Shown here one piece after another: positions 9,610-18,796 of a stretch of DNA of 64,000 nt (positions within the stretch are counted from its first letter, which is position 1; each line of letters opens with the position of its first letter). Under the pieces are notes generated by a model that worked only from the letters and a program-made list of their open reading frames with translations, searched no databases and was not told where the DNA came from. Position numbers and translations under genes: made by a program. Source of the stretch: an uncultured Acidobacteriota bacterium (GTDB taxonomy: Bacteria; Acidobacteriota; Thermoanaerobaculia; Gp7-AA8); NCBI GenBank assembly GCA_963741955.1, contig CAVUKB010000006.1, forward strand, positions 288,001 through 352,000, written 5' to 3'.

Positions 9610-11250
9610 ATGCCCACGTCAGAGAACGCCGGAACGCTTCCGACGCACGACATGCTGATCAACGTTCCCAGGCTGGTCACGCAGTACTTCGCTCTTCGAC
9701 CCGATCCGGCGGTACGTGAACAGCGCGTGGCGTTCGGCACCTCGGGACATCGCGGATCCGCGCTCAACCGCTCGTTCAACGAGCTTCACATCCTCGCGAC
9801 CACTCAGGCGATCTGCGACTATCGGCGCGATCAGGGAATCGAGGGACCCCTCTTCCTGGGCGTCGACACCCACGCGCTCTCGGAGCCCGCCTTCGCAACC
9901 GCGATGGAGGTACTCGCCGCCAACGGAGTCGAAGTGATGATCGATCACGATCTCGGGACGACGCCAACGCCGGTCGTCTCGCATGCGATCCTCCTGTGGA
10001 ACCGAAATCGTAAGGATCATCTCGCCGACGGCATCGTCGTCACTCCGTCGCACAACCCCCCGGAAGACGGTGGGTTCAAGTACAACCCTCCTCACGGCGG
10101 CCCGTCGGAGTCGGCGGCGACGAATGCGATCGAAGCGGCCGCGAACCGGCTGATGGAGGATCCGAAGCCGATCCGGCGGACGTCGCTCGCGGCGGCGTTG
10201 TCCGCACCGACCACCCGACGCCACGATTACATCGGTGAGTACACCAGCGACCTCGCGAGCGTGGTGGATCTGGACGCCATTCGAGGGTCGGGTCTCCACA
10301 TCGGCGTCGATCCGATGGGAGGAGCCGGCGTCGCGTTCTGGCCGGTGATCCGGGAGCGATGGGGCCTCGACATCGAGATCGTGAACGATGAGGTCGATCC
10401 GACCTTCCGTTTCATCCCCCTCGACTGGGACGGGCGGATCAGGATGGATTGCTCGTCGCCCTATGCCATGGCGGGGCTCATCGCGCTGCGCGACCGTTTC
10501 GATGTCGCGTTCGGTAACGACACCGACAACGACCGTCATGGAATCGTCGTCCCCGGCATCGGACTTCTCGATCCGAACCGCTACCTCGCCGTCGCAATCT
10601 CGTATCTCTTCGCGAACCGTCCGGAGTGGCCGGAGAGCGCCGCGGTCGGGAAGACGGTAGTCAGCAGCAGTCTCATCGACAGAGTCACTGCCGGTCTGGG
10701 ACGAAAGCTCTACGAAGTCCCGGTCGGGTTCAAGTGGTTCGTGAGCGGGCTTCTCGACGGCTCGCTCGGGTTCGGAGGTGAGGAGAGTGCCGGCGCGTCA
10801 TTTCTCCGCCGGAATGGCGAGGTCTGGACCACCGACAAGGACGGAATCATCATGGGTCTCCTCGCCGCCGAGATGACTGCCCGCACGGGACGCGATCCAG
10901 GTGAACTCGCGTCAGAGCTGCTGCAGAAGCACGGCCCGTCGTTCTACCAGCGGGTCGATGCTCCCGCCACGCCCGAACAGAAGGCGAAGCTCGGAAAGCT
11001 TTCGACGGAGTCGGTGACGGCGAAGGAGCTCGCCGGCGATCCGATCGACACGATTCTCACTCATGCGCCTGGTGACGGGAATCCGATCGGAGGGCTGAAG
11101 GTGACATCCCGGAACGGTTGGTTCGCCGCACGCCCCTCCGGGACCGAGAACATCTACAAGATCTACGCGGAGAGCTTCGTCAGTGAAGAGCACCTCTCCC
11201 GGATTCAGGAGGAAGCGAAGGAAGTCGTAGCGGAGGCGCTGGAGCAATGA
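9610..11250 (+). CDS. pgm: phosphoglucomutase (alpha-D-glucose-1,6-bisphosphate-dependent)
   Basis: FGTSGHRG, TPSHNP, DTDNDR, GEESAG and RPSGTE motifs. Confidence 0.95.
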   Translation: MPTSENAGTLPTHDMLINVPRLVTQYFALRPDPAVREQRVAFGTSGHRGSALNRSFNELHILATTQAICDYRRDQGIEGPLFLGVDTHALSEPAFATAMEVLAANGVEVMIDHDLGTTPTPVVSHAILLWNRNRKDHLADGIVVTPSHNPPEDGGFKYNPPHGGPSESAATNAIEAAANRLMEDPKPIRRTSLAAALSAPTTRRHDYIGEYTSDLASVVDLDAIRGSGLHIGVDPMGGAGVAFWPVIRERWGLDIEIVNDEVDPTFRFIPLDWDGRIRMDCSSPYAMAGLIALRDRFDVAFGNDTDNDRHGIVVPGIGLLDPNRYLAVAISYLFANRPEWPESAAVGKTVVSSSLIDRVTAGLGRKLYEVPVGFKWFVSGLLDGSLGFGGEESAGASFLRRNGEVWTTDKDGIIMGLLAAEMTARTGRDPGELASELLQKHGPSFYQRVDAPATPEQKAKLGKLSTESVTAKELAGDPIDTILTHAPGDGNPIGGLKVTSRNGWFAARPSGTENIYKIYAESFVSEEHLSRIQEEAKEVVAEALEQ

Positions 11251-11290
11251 CCAGGCGAGACGGACCGAGCAATCCGGCTTTATCGTCTTC

Positions 11291-12337
11291 TCAGCTTTCC
11301 GGCTGGTCGTAGGCCTTCTCGTCACCGGGGGGCGCCGAGCCGGTGAGGGCGGCGACGATCCGCTCGACGTGGATGTGGCTCGTCTCGATGAACTCCTTCA
11401 CGCCGCCGACCTGAGTCCCGGCCGCCGCGGTACCGGCGACGAAGATCCCCGGCACGCTGCTCTCCATCGTCTCGGGCGCGAGACGCGGACGCTTCGCTGC
11501 GCCTTCCAGCACCAGACCCGCGTTCTCGAAGAGTGAAGAATCCTGCACGTATCCGGTGAGGAGAAGGACCGCGTCCGCTTCCACCTCCAGACGATCCTCC
11601 GGATCTTCCTCACTCCGGAGCACCGCCGCGTCGCCGCGGATCTCGCAGAGAGTGGTTCGGGGAAGGAACCGGATCTTTCCGTCACGGATCATGGAACGGA
11701 TCTCGGGAAGAAGCCACGCCTTCACCCGCTCCGGATCGAGCTCGGCGCCGTGATAGGAAAGGGTCACGTCTGCACTTACTCGCGCGCAACGGATGGCGGC
11801 TTCGACCGCAGAATTCTTCCCCCCCACGATCAGCACTCTTCTGCGGAAGTACAGATGCGGATCTTCGAAGTAGTGACTGACGTGCGGGAGGTTCTCTCCC
11901 GGAACGCCGACGATCCTCGGCCGATGCATGTCGCCGATCGCGAGGACGACCTTCCAGGCGCGCCAGGTGCGGTCACCATCGGCCCGTCGGGTGCGAACGG
12001 AGAACCATCCCTCCGCATCGCGTTCGATCGAGGTGACACGTTCGAACGTATGGATCTCCAGTCCGAACTGGAGGACGACCGAGCGGAGGTATGTCAGGTA
12101 CTCCTCCCGGGTCGCTTTCGACTGGTCGAGCGTCTGCAGCGGGACACCGGCGATGGCGATTCTCTCCGGAGAGGAGAAGAAGTGAGTCTGCGGAGCGTAC
12201 CAGGAGATGGTCGATCCGATCTGGTCCGCGTCGAGATGCGCGTAACCGATCCCCGCGCGCTTCAGCGCGACCGCGAGCTCGATCCCGATCGGGCCGGCAC
12301 CGACGATGAGAACGTCCGTGGTCTTTTCTTCGGTCAC
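11291..12337 (-). CDS. FAD/NAD(P)-dependent oxidoreductase, YpdA/thioredoxin-reductase-like
   Basis: GAGPIG, FFSSPERIAIAG, REEYLTY, VSHYFEDPHLY, GGKNSAVEAA; GTG start with GGAGG. Confidence 0.85.
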   Translation of the reverse strand: MTEEKTTDVLIVGAGPIGIELAVALKRAGIGYAHLDADQIGSTISWYAPQTHFFSSPERIAIAGVPLQTLDQSKATREEYLTYLRSVVLQFGLEIHTFERVTSIERDAEGWFSVRTRRADGDRTWRAWKVVLAIGDMHRPRIVGVPGENLPHVSHYFEDPHLYFRRRVLIVGGKNSAVEAAIRCARVSADVTLSYHGAELDPERVKAWLLPEIRSMIRDGKIRFLPRTTLCEIRGDAAVLRSEEDPEDRLEVEADAVLLLTGYVQDSSLFENAGLVLEGAAKRPRLAPETMESSVPGIFVAGTAAAGTQVGGVKEFIETSHIHVERIVAALTGSAPPGDEKAYDQPES

Positions 12338-12454
12338 TTCGCCTCCTCCGTCGCGGGAGTGTATCGCGGCGGAAGGGTCAGGTGCGTCCACCTCTCGATG
12401 GATGGGTCGGAGCGTCTTCGCAAGGCCCGGGATGGACGCTATCATTCTCCGGCC

Positions 12455-12955
12455 ATGCCTTCCGAGCTCCACGCATACCTCACCGAAGATCATCAACGGC
12501 TCGATGCGCTCCTGGAGAGAGTGATCCGCCCCGATGGCACCATCGACCACGAAAGCTATACCGCGTTTCGTGCCGGTCTTCTCCGGCACATCGGAATCGA
12601 GGAGCGCATCCTCTTCCCCGAGCTCCGCCGCCAGGGGATCTTCTCGCCCGTCGAGGTGCAGCTCCACCGGGATCATGCGGCACTCGCAGCACTCCTCATG
12701 CCTCCTCCCGACGCGGCGCTGATGTCGACCATCGCCGGAATCCTCGCCGAGCACAACCCCCTCGAGGAGTTTCCCGGCGGGCTCTATGAGCGGATGGAGG
12801 AGCTTGCGGCAGACGAGCTCGGAAACCTGGTGGAGAAGATCCGGAACACTCCTCCGGTGCGCCTGGCTCCGCACATGGACACCGAGATCACGCGCAGCAG
12901 CATCGAGCAGCTCCTGAGAGAGGCGGAGGAGGGAAGGAAAGCATTGCGGAAGTAG
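12455..12955 (+). CDS. hemerythrin-domain protein
   Basis: DHQRLD, RHIGIEERILFP, DH and HNPLEE motifs. Confidence 0.8.
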   Translation: MPSELHAYLTEDHQRLDALLERVIRPDGTIDHESYTAFRAGLLRHIGIEERILFPELRRQGIFSPVEVQLHRDHAALAALLMPPPDAALMSTIAGILAEHNPLEEFPGGLYERMEELAADELGNLVEKIRNTPPVRLAPHMDTEITRSSIEQLLREAEEGRKALRK

Positions 12956-13053
12956 AGCGATGTGGATCCTCCGGGGGCTACCCACCGGCCACCAAATCGG
13001 CTACCCTTCAGTATCCCCGGCAATCCTCAGTTCCTCTCGTGAAGGAGTGACCG

Positions 13054-13890
13054 ATGGCAGGAAAGTCCTGGTCCCGCTCTCTTCGTGTGGTCTCGGCCGT
13101 CGCCTCGAACTCTGTCCCGCTGATCGGCGTACTACGCTTCCAGTGGCCGGCGGCCAACCTCCTCTTTCTCTTCTGGGCGGAGACATTCTTCGGCGGTATT
13201 GCACAGATCATCCGGATCATCATCCACCGAAAACTGACTCATCTCCGCGGTCACTACCGGAGCCACAAAGACGATGCGATCTCCCGCCGCATCACCGGCC
13301 AGCCGGAGTTGAAGACGACGTACCTCGCGGAGTTCTGCGGGACGTACATCCCGTTCACCCTGGCCCACGTCTTTCTCCTGGCGGTCGGTCTCGGCGTCCT
13401 CCGCAACGAAGCCGGCCCGGGCTCCGGATCGCAATGGTACATTCAGCTGCACAGCCTCGTCCAGGGGACGGCCATCATCGCGGCAGTTGCGTTCCTCGAG
13501 CTGGCGGTCGAGCTGCCGTTCCTTGCCAACCGCTCCTTTGCGTCGATCCGTCTCCGTGGGGATCAGTTCCTCGGGCGCATTCTGATGCTGCACATGTCTC
13601 TGCTCGGCGGGATTTTTCTTCTCGTCTGGTTCGGGCAGCCGATCGCCTTCCTCGCGATCCTGGTCGGCCTCAAGCTCCTCTGGGATCTCGGATACGCGTT
13701 CTACGGTGACAAGGCGAATCAGCTGCCGGAGAAGACGCCCGGCTGGATCCGCGCCCTCGGCCGGATGACCGACTTCGATGCCGACGAGGCGTGGAAGGGA
13801 ATCATCCGGGAGCAGGAAGCGGAGCTCGCCGCGGACGAACGCCCGGTCATACCGGACCAAGTCACACCGGTTCTCGGTGAAAATGCCTGA
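13054..13890 (+). CDS. membrane protein (DUF6498-like)
   Basis: NSVPLIGVLRFQW, FLFWAET and RILMLH motifs; multiple TM segments; RBS present. Confidence 0.7.
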   Translation: MAGKSWSRSLRVVSAVASNSVPLIGVLRFQWPAANLLFLFWAETFFGGIAQIIRIIIHRKLTHLRGHYRSHKDDAISRRITGQPELKTTYLAEFCGTYIPFTLAHVFLLAVGLGVLRNEAGPGSGSQWYIQLHSLVQGTAIIAAVAFLELAVELPFLANRSFASIRLRGDQFLGRILMLHMSLLGGIFLLVWFGQPIAFLAILVGLKLLWDLGYAFYGDKANQLPEKTPGWIRALGRMTDFDADEAWKGIIREQEAELAADERPVIPDQVTPVLGENA

Positions 13891-13952
13891 TATATAATAG
13901 CTGATATCTACCAACTAATATTTATAATTTATATCAAGACGTAATATCGGTA

Positions 13953-15236
13953 CTATCTTTGACGCACCTCTCGCGTCTGTCGATCGGCGGCGAGACGTTC
14001 GAGCTCGTCGCACGCGTCACCGATTCCGTCCTCCCCCGCCATCCGGTCGCGGATGGCGGCACACGCGGACCTGACTGCTCCGCTCTCCACGATCGACTCG
14101 AGCGCTGCCGAGAGGCGTCCCGGCTCGAACCGGCGCGGTGAGAGCCTCACTCCCACGCCGAGCCGCTCCAGTCGCGCAGCATTGTCGAGCTGGTCGAACG
14201 CCATCGGCATCACCACTTGAGGAGCTCCCGCCGCCAGACCGCTCGCGCACGTGCCGATTCCACCGTGATGAACCAGAGCCGCTGCCCGCGGGAGGAGCTG
14301 GTGCAGAGGCGCGAACGGTTCGTAGCGGACACCCTGCGGGAGCACCGGCGGAATCTGCTCCCGCCACCCGGTCAGCAGGAGAGCCCGCCTCCCGCTCCGT
14401 CCCGCCGTTTCGATCGCGGTGTTGAAAAACCCGGAGGCCTGGCGGTTCGCGGTTCCGGCAGTGAAGACGATCGGTGCGGGTCCGTCGAGGAGCCATGCAT
14501 CGAGTGATGGGGTCAGATCTTCGGAATCGAAGCGCACCAGAGGGAACCCGGTGAGCTTCGTCTGCCGTGGCCATTCCGGCTGCGGCCTGGCGAACCACTC
14601 GGGGAAGAGACCGAGCAGCAGATCGGATCGATGCATCTCATCGCCGAAGAGGCGTGAGACCGGCGGGAGGCCATGATCGGCGCGAAGTCGGTTGTAGGCC
14701 GGAAGGAGCGGCGGGTCGATGACCAGGCGATCCACTCCGCGCCAGAAGAGATCGAACAGCGGCGCGGGGAGCCGCCCGAGTTCGAGGCCTGCGGCGACCA
14801 CGGGTGCGTCGGTTCTGGAGCGGAAGACGCCGGGAGCAAGATGAATGGTTGCCGTGGCGAGCCCGTTCTTTTCGCCGAACGAGCGCGTGGGGAACGAAAG
14901 TGAATGGGCGACGAGGATCGGTCGCGTCTCTCCCACACTTTCGTCGAGCAGCGACCAGGCGCGCTCGAGGTTCCCGGCGACGATCCTGAGTATGGATCGA
15001 ATGCCGCGGCGGGGATGCCAGAGGTCGGGATCGAGAACCTGACGTTCGTACTCTTCCGCCGGCCAGGTGGAAACGAATCGCATTCCCCCTTCTTCGGCGA
15101 ACCGGCGGAACGGCTCCGCAGTCATCAGGGTGACGCGGTGACCGCGACGTACGAGCTCTCTTCCGATACCCGCGAACGGACGTACGTCTCCCCCCGATCC
15201 CACCGGCGTCAGAACGAAGTGCGTGATCGGCGTCAT
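13953..15236 (-). CDS. GT1 family UDP-glycosyltransferase (RhlB-like)
   Basis: GSGGDVRP N-terminus; VHHGGIGT...PMAFDQ. Confidence 0.9.
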   Translation of the reverse strand: MTPITHFVLTPVGSGGDVRPFAGIGRELVRRGHRVTLMTAEPFRRFAEEGGMRFVSTWPAEEYERQVLDPDLWHPRRGIRSILRIVAGNLERAWSLLDESVGETRPILVAHSLSFPTRSFGEKNGLATATIHLAPGVFRSRTDAPVVAAGLELGRLPAPLFDLFWRGVDRLVIDPPLLPAYNRLRADHGLPPVSRLFGDEMHRSDLLLGLFPEWFARPQPEWPRQTKLTGFPLVRFDSEDLTPSLDAWLLDGPAPIVFTAGTANRQASGFFNTAIETAGRSGRRALLLTGWREQIPPVLPQGVRYEPFAPLHQLLPRAAALVHHGGIGTCASGLAAGAPQVVMPMAFDQLDNAARLERLGVGVRLSPRRFEPGRLSAALESIVESGAVRSACAAIRDRMAGEDGIGDACDELERLAADRQTREVRQR

Positions 15237-15257
15237 CGGAGGTCGACGGATGCTTTC

Positions 15258-16163
15258 TCAGTGACCCGGAAGATGAGGTGACGGGAGGCTGACCAGAATC
15301 GAGGTGATCGCGAGAACGAGGGCGGCGACGATCAGTTCCGCGGTCGCAGACTTCCTGAGCAGTCGGGTTGCCGGCTCGGCACCGAGCATCGGACGTTGAC
15401 GCCTCCAGTTCCATGCGCCGAGACCGACCACCCCCGCGACGACCACGAGCTTCCCGATCAGCGTCCAGCCGTACGGCGTGGTCCAGAGCGCTGCGACGTA
15501 CTTCAGGTGCAGCCAGGCGGTGGTGATCCCGGACGCCGCCAGTACGGCAGCCGACGTGAGCGCCACCGGCGAAAACGCGTTCACCATCCGCGCACCTGCC
15601 AGTCCACGCGCCTCGGGGGTCAGGCCGCTCCTCGGGATCGAGCCGAGCCCGGCCAGTACCATGATGAACAGCGTCCCGATCCACATCCCTCCCGCCACCA
15701 TGTGAATCGGGTTGGCGAGTCGGTTCCACTGGCCGGTGAACGCGGGACGGAGTGCTTCTGCGACGACCGCGAGACCGGCGAGCCACCATCCCGGCGAGAA
15801 CCGCAGCATCGCGAGAATCAGTCCGACCGCGAGTGCCAGGAGGATCAGAAGCTGAAGCCCGCTCTGCCCCGAGGTGAGTACGTTCGCGATCGTGGTGTGC
15901 TGACGTTCCGCGAGCCCGGGAGCCCTGGTCAGAAACAGCCCCACGGAGACGAGCGCGCCGCAGAGCCCCACCGCCGCGGCACGAAGATTCGCGAGACGGT
16001 GAAGCTCGGCATCCGCACCGCCGGTGGAGACGGGGAGAATCCTCTCCCGCAGCACGGCGAAGCGGAAGCCGACCGCTCCGGTTGCAGCGAAGGATGCGAT
16101 GAAGCCCGCATATGCGACGAAAGGTTCGGTCCAGTCGATCAGGGGTCGACTCTGCAGAATCAA
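15258..16163 (-). CDS. CopD family copper resistance membrane protein
   Basis: HMVAGGMWIG, AFSPVA, LWTTPYGWTLIGKL; TTG start with GGAGGAGG RBS. Confidence 0.8.
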   Translation of the reverse strand: MILQSRPLIDWTEPFVAYAGFIASFAATGAVGFRFAVLRERILPVSTGGADAELHRLANLRAAAVGLCGALVSVGLFLTRAPGLAERQHTTIANVLTSGQSGLQLLILLALAVGLILAMLRFSPGWWLAGLAVVAEALRPAFTGQWNRLANPIHMVAGGMWIGTLFIMVLAGLGSIPRSGLTPEARGLAGARMVNAFSPVALTSAAVLAASGITTAWLHLKYVAALWTTPYGWTLIGKLVVVAGVVGLGAWNWRRQRPMLGAEPATRLLRKSATAELIVAALVLAITSILVSLPSPHLPGH

Positions 16164-16338
16164 CTTCAGCCTCCTCCGCCTTTCCCGGACGGCGATATGA
16201 TATGCGATCCGTTCCCGTCGGACCGAGGTCACCCGCCCTCCGGGAGCAACTCCCGTTCCACGGATCCTCGATGCCATCGACCGCGTATATGCTGAGGAGG
16301 TTTTCGTTTCACCCAGGGCGTACCCTCGAGGAAAAACC

Positions 16339-16929
16339 ATGAAGGCTGCCACGCTGCTGCTATGTCTGATGTCGTTTCTCCCCACCGGCGTCGTCGCGCA
16401 GAGGGCCGCGCAGCCTTCCTCCTCCGACGATCGACTCCGGCTCGCAGCCGCCGCACTGGCGCAGGTCGGGATCACCCGTATCTACGATCCGTCATACGTA
16501 CGAATCCCGTATCCCGGCGGCGACGTTCCGCTGGAGAGGGGCGTCTGCGCCGACGTGGTGGTCCGTGCGTTCCGCGCGATCGGCGTGGACCTGCAGGTCG
16601 CGGTACACCAGGACATGATTCGCGCGTTCCACGCCTATCCGCAATCGTGGGGATTGCGAAGACCGGACCCCAACATCGACCATCGCCGAGTGCCGAACCT
16701 GATGCGGTTCTTCGATCGGAAGGGGAAGTCGTTGCCGCTGGATCGCGACTTCCGGCCGGGCGACGTGGTGGCGTGGCGGCTCCCGAACGGCCTCCTTCAC
16801 ATCGGGATGGTCTCTTCCCGAAAAGTGCCGCACGCCGAGCGCTATCAGATGGTGCACAACATCGGGGAGGGTGCACGCCTGGAAGACGTGCTGGAGGAGT
16901 TCACCATCATCGGACATTACCGGTGGTGA
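16339..16929 (+). CDS. DUF1287 family protein
   Basis: YDPSYVRIPYPGGDVP, GVCADVVVRA, DPNIDHRRVPNL, HIG and HNIG. Confidence 0.9.
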   Translation: MKAATLLLCLMSFLPTGVVAQRAAQPSSSDDRLRLAAAALAQVGITRIYDPSYVRIPYPGGDVPLERGVCADVVVRAFRAIGVDLQVAVHQDMIRAFHAYPQSWGLRRPDPNIDHRRVPNLMRFFDRKGKSLPLDRDFRPGDVVAWRLPNGLLHIGMVSSRKVPHAERYQMVHNIGEGARLEDVLEEFTIIGHYRW

Positions 16930-16973
16930 GATGAAGCGCCGTCCGGAACACGGCGGCGCTTCACCTGTCCAGG

Positions 16974-17897
16974 TTATCCCTGAATCACGGTCACCTGCTG
17001 CGCGAGATACTGGCCATTGCCGAGGTTCTGCGCCTGGACGCTGATGACGTCTCCACGCTGCAGATTCGTCGGCGTGTAATTCCGGCCCTGGTAGAGAACC
17101 TGGGTGTTGTTGTTGTACTCCACCACGACCGTGCTGCCGTTCGTGTTGGTAGTGAAGCCGTTCCCCCATGAAACCTGATTGAGACCGATGGTATGAGTCG
17201 ACGTGTCGACGTACTGTACGGTCCCCTGCATGGTGTATCCGGTCGTACCGGTGGTCGAGGTCACGCTGCGGAGAACTTCGATCCGCTGCGCTAGGAGCTG
17301 CCCGTTCCCGAGGTTCTGAACGCTCACGCTCACCTGATCGCCCTTCTCCAGGTCGGACGGACGGTAGTTCTGGCCGTTGTAGACGACCGGGGTGTTGTTG
17401 TCGTACTGGACCGTCGTAACGCCGTTGTACGTCCCGTTGTTGATCTGAATGGTCCGGTTCGAGGTGTTCACGTACTGCACGGTGCCCTGAACCTGAGTGG
17501 CGTAGCCTCCCGCCGTCGTTCCACCGCCCGAGATGTCATACGTGACAGTGATTGCATCCGCGACGAGGCGACCGCTCGAGTTCGAGACCGTTGCGTCGAT
17601 CTGGTCGCCCTGTTCGAGATCGGTCGGCCGGTAGTTCTGTCCCTGATAGCTCACTTTGGTCTGATTGTCGTAGTAGACGCGAACGCTGTTCTGGCCATTC
17701 GCGAGGGCCGTCGATGCGTTGGTCAGGAGAATCGACTGGCTGGTCGGATCGACCTGGCTCACCGTTCCGCGCACCTCGTTCGTGGCGTTCGAGGTGCCGC
17801 CGCCGAGAATGTCGCCGATATTCGATGATCCACAGCCGACGAACAGCAGTGTTGCCAGGAAGGCCCCGGCCCATGTGCTCGTCCTTAGAATCTTCAT
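16974..17897 (-). CDS. lipoprotein with three DUF5666-like repeats
   Basis: Lipobox LFVGC; three repeats of GTV..V...T.V.Y.GQNY.P..L..GD. Confidence 0.8.
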   Translation of the reverse strand: MKILRTSTWAGAFLATLLFVGCGSSNIGDILGGGTSNATNEVRGTVSQVDPTSQSILLTNASTALANGQNSVRVYYDNQTKVSYQGQNYRPTDLEQGDQIDATVSNSSGRLVADAITVTYDISGGGTTAGGYATQVQGTVQYVNTSNRTIQINNGTYNGVTTVQYDNNTPVVYNGQNYRPSDLEKGDQVSVSVQNLGNGQLLAQRIEVLRSVTSTTGTTGYTMQGTVQYVDTSTHTIGLNQVSWGNGFTTNTNGSTVVVEYNNNTQVLYQGRNYTPTNLQRGDVISVQAQNLGNGQYLAQQVTVIQG

Positions 17898-18105
17898 AGA
17901 AAAACCTCCATTGTTATTCGTATCTTGTGAGCACGAATCATGCCCCGAACCTCCGAAACCTCCCTCGAGACGAGGAGAAGTGTGCCGCTCATCACCGACG
18001 CCGGTCGCACCCGGCACGGTCCTCCCGACCGGGCTGCGATATTTCTCGACACGGTAAAATGACCCGCTCGCCAGACGCCCATCCGGCGAGCTCGAGAGGA
18101 AGCTG

Positions 18106-18720
18106 ATGCCGTCGAGACGTGACACCGAGAGACAGACCCCGCGAGTGATTCTCGAGCAGCCGATCCCGGCCCGGATCGCGGAGATGCGCTGCCTCGTGCT
18201 CGAGCTCGGCCTCGGCGGAGCCAAGCTGGAGCACGAGAAGAGACTGGAAGTGGGCGAGCGCTGCCTCTTCGAGATGGAGTCGATCGCGACAGACACCGTA
18301 GTGCGGCATTCGGTCCTCCTTCCGGCTCAAAGCGGCACCGTCTATCACACCGGGATTTCTTTCGACACACTCACCGAAAATGAAAGACAGCGTGTTTTCG
18401 CCAGGATCATCCGGGAGGCCGAAGTGCAGGTCTCCTCGTGGGAGTCGAATTTATCCGGAGGTCGATCCGCACCGCGACGCCTGAGCACTCGCTCTGCTGC
18501 CATCCAGCAGTTCCTCCGAATCCGGCTCACTCCATCGGGTTGGGATGAAGGCGTCACTCCCGATCCGAATCAGCCGATCGACGGAATTGCGATTCCCGCC
18601 GACACACCGAAGAACGAGATCCAGATGCTGAAGAAGACCTACGCCGCAGCGGACGAGCGGACGCGACTCGCGCTGCGCAATATGGCCATGCTCGCGATCC
18701 TGGAGCGGCTGGAGAAATAG
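18106..18720 (+). CDS. PilZ-like domain protein
   Basis: RQTPR (RxxxR) plus ELGLGG (degenerate D/NxSxxG). Confidence 0.6.
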   Translation: MPSRRDTERQTPRVILEQPIPARIAEMRCLVLELGLGGAKLEHEKRLEVGERCLFEMESIATDTVVRHSVLLPAQSGTVYHTGISFDTLTENERQRVFARIIREAEVQVSSWESNLSGGRSAPRRLSTRSAAIQQFLRIRLTPSGWDEGVTPDPNQPIDGIAIPADTPKNEIQMLKKTYAAADERTRLALRNMAMLAILERLEK

Positions 18721-18796
18721 GAGCCTGCGCGACGGAAATGCCGTCGGTGGCGTAGTGTTGCCTGAAACCTTTGCATCTGGTTATGGGCGCCGACGA

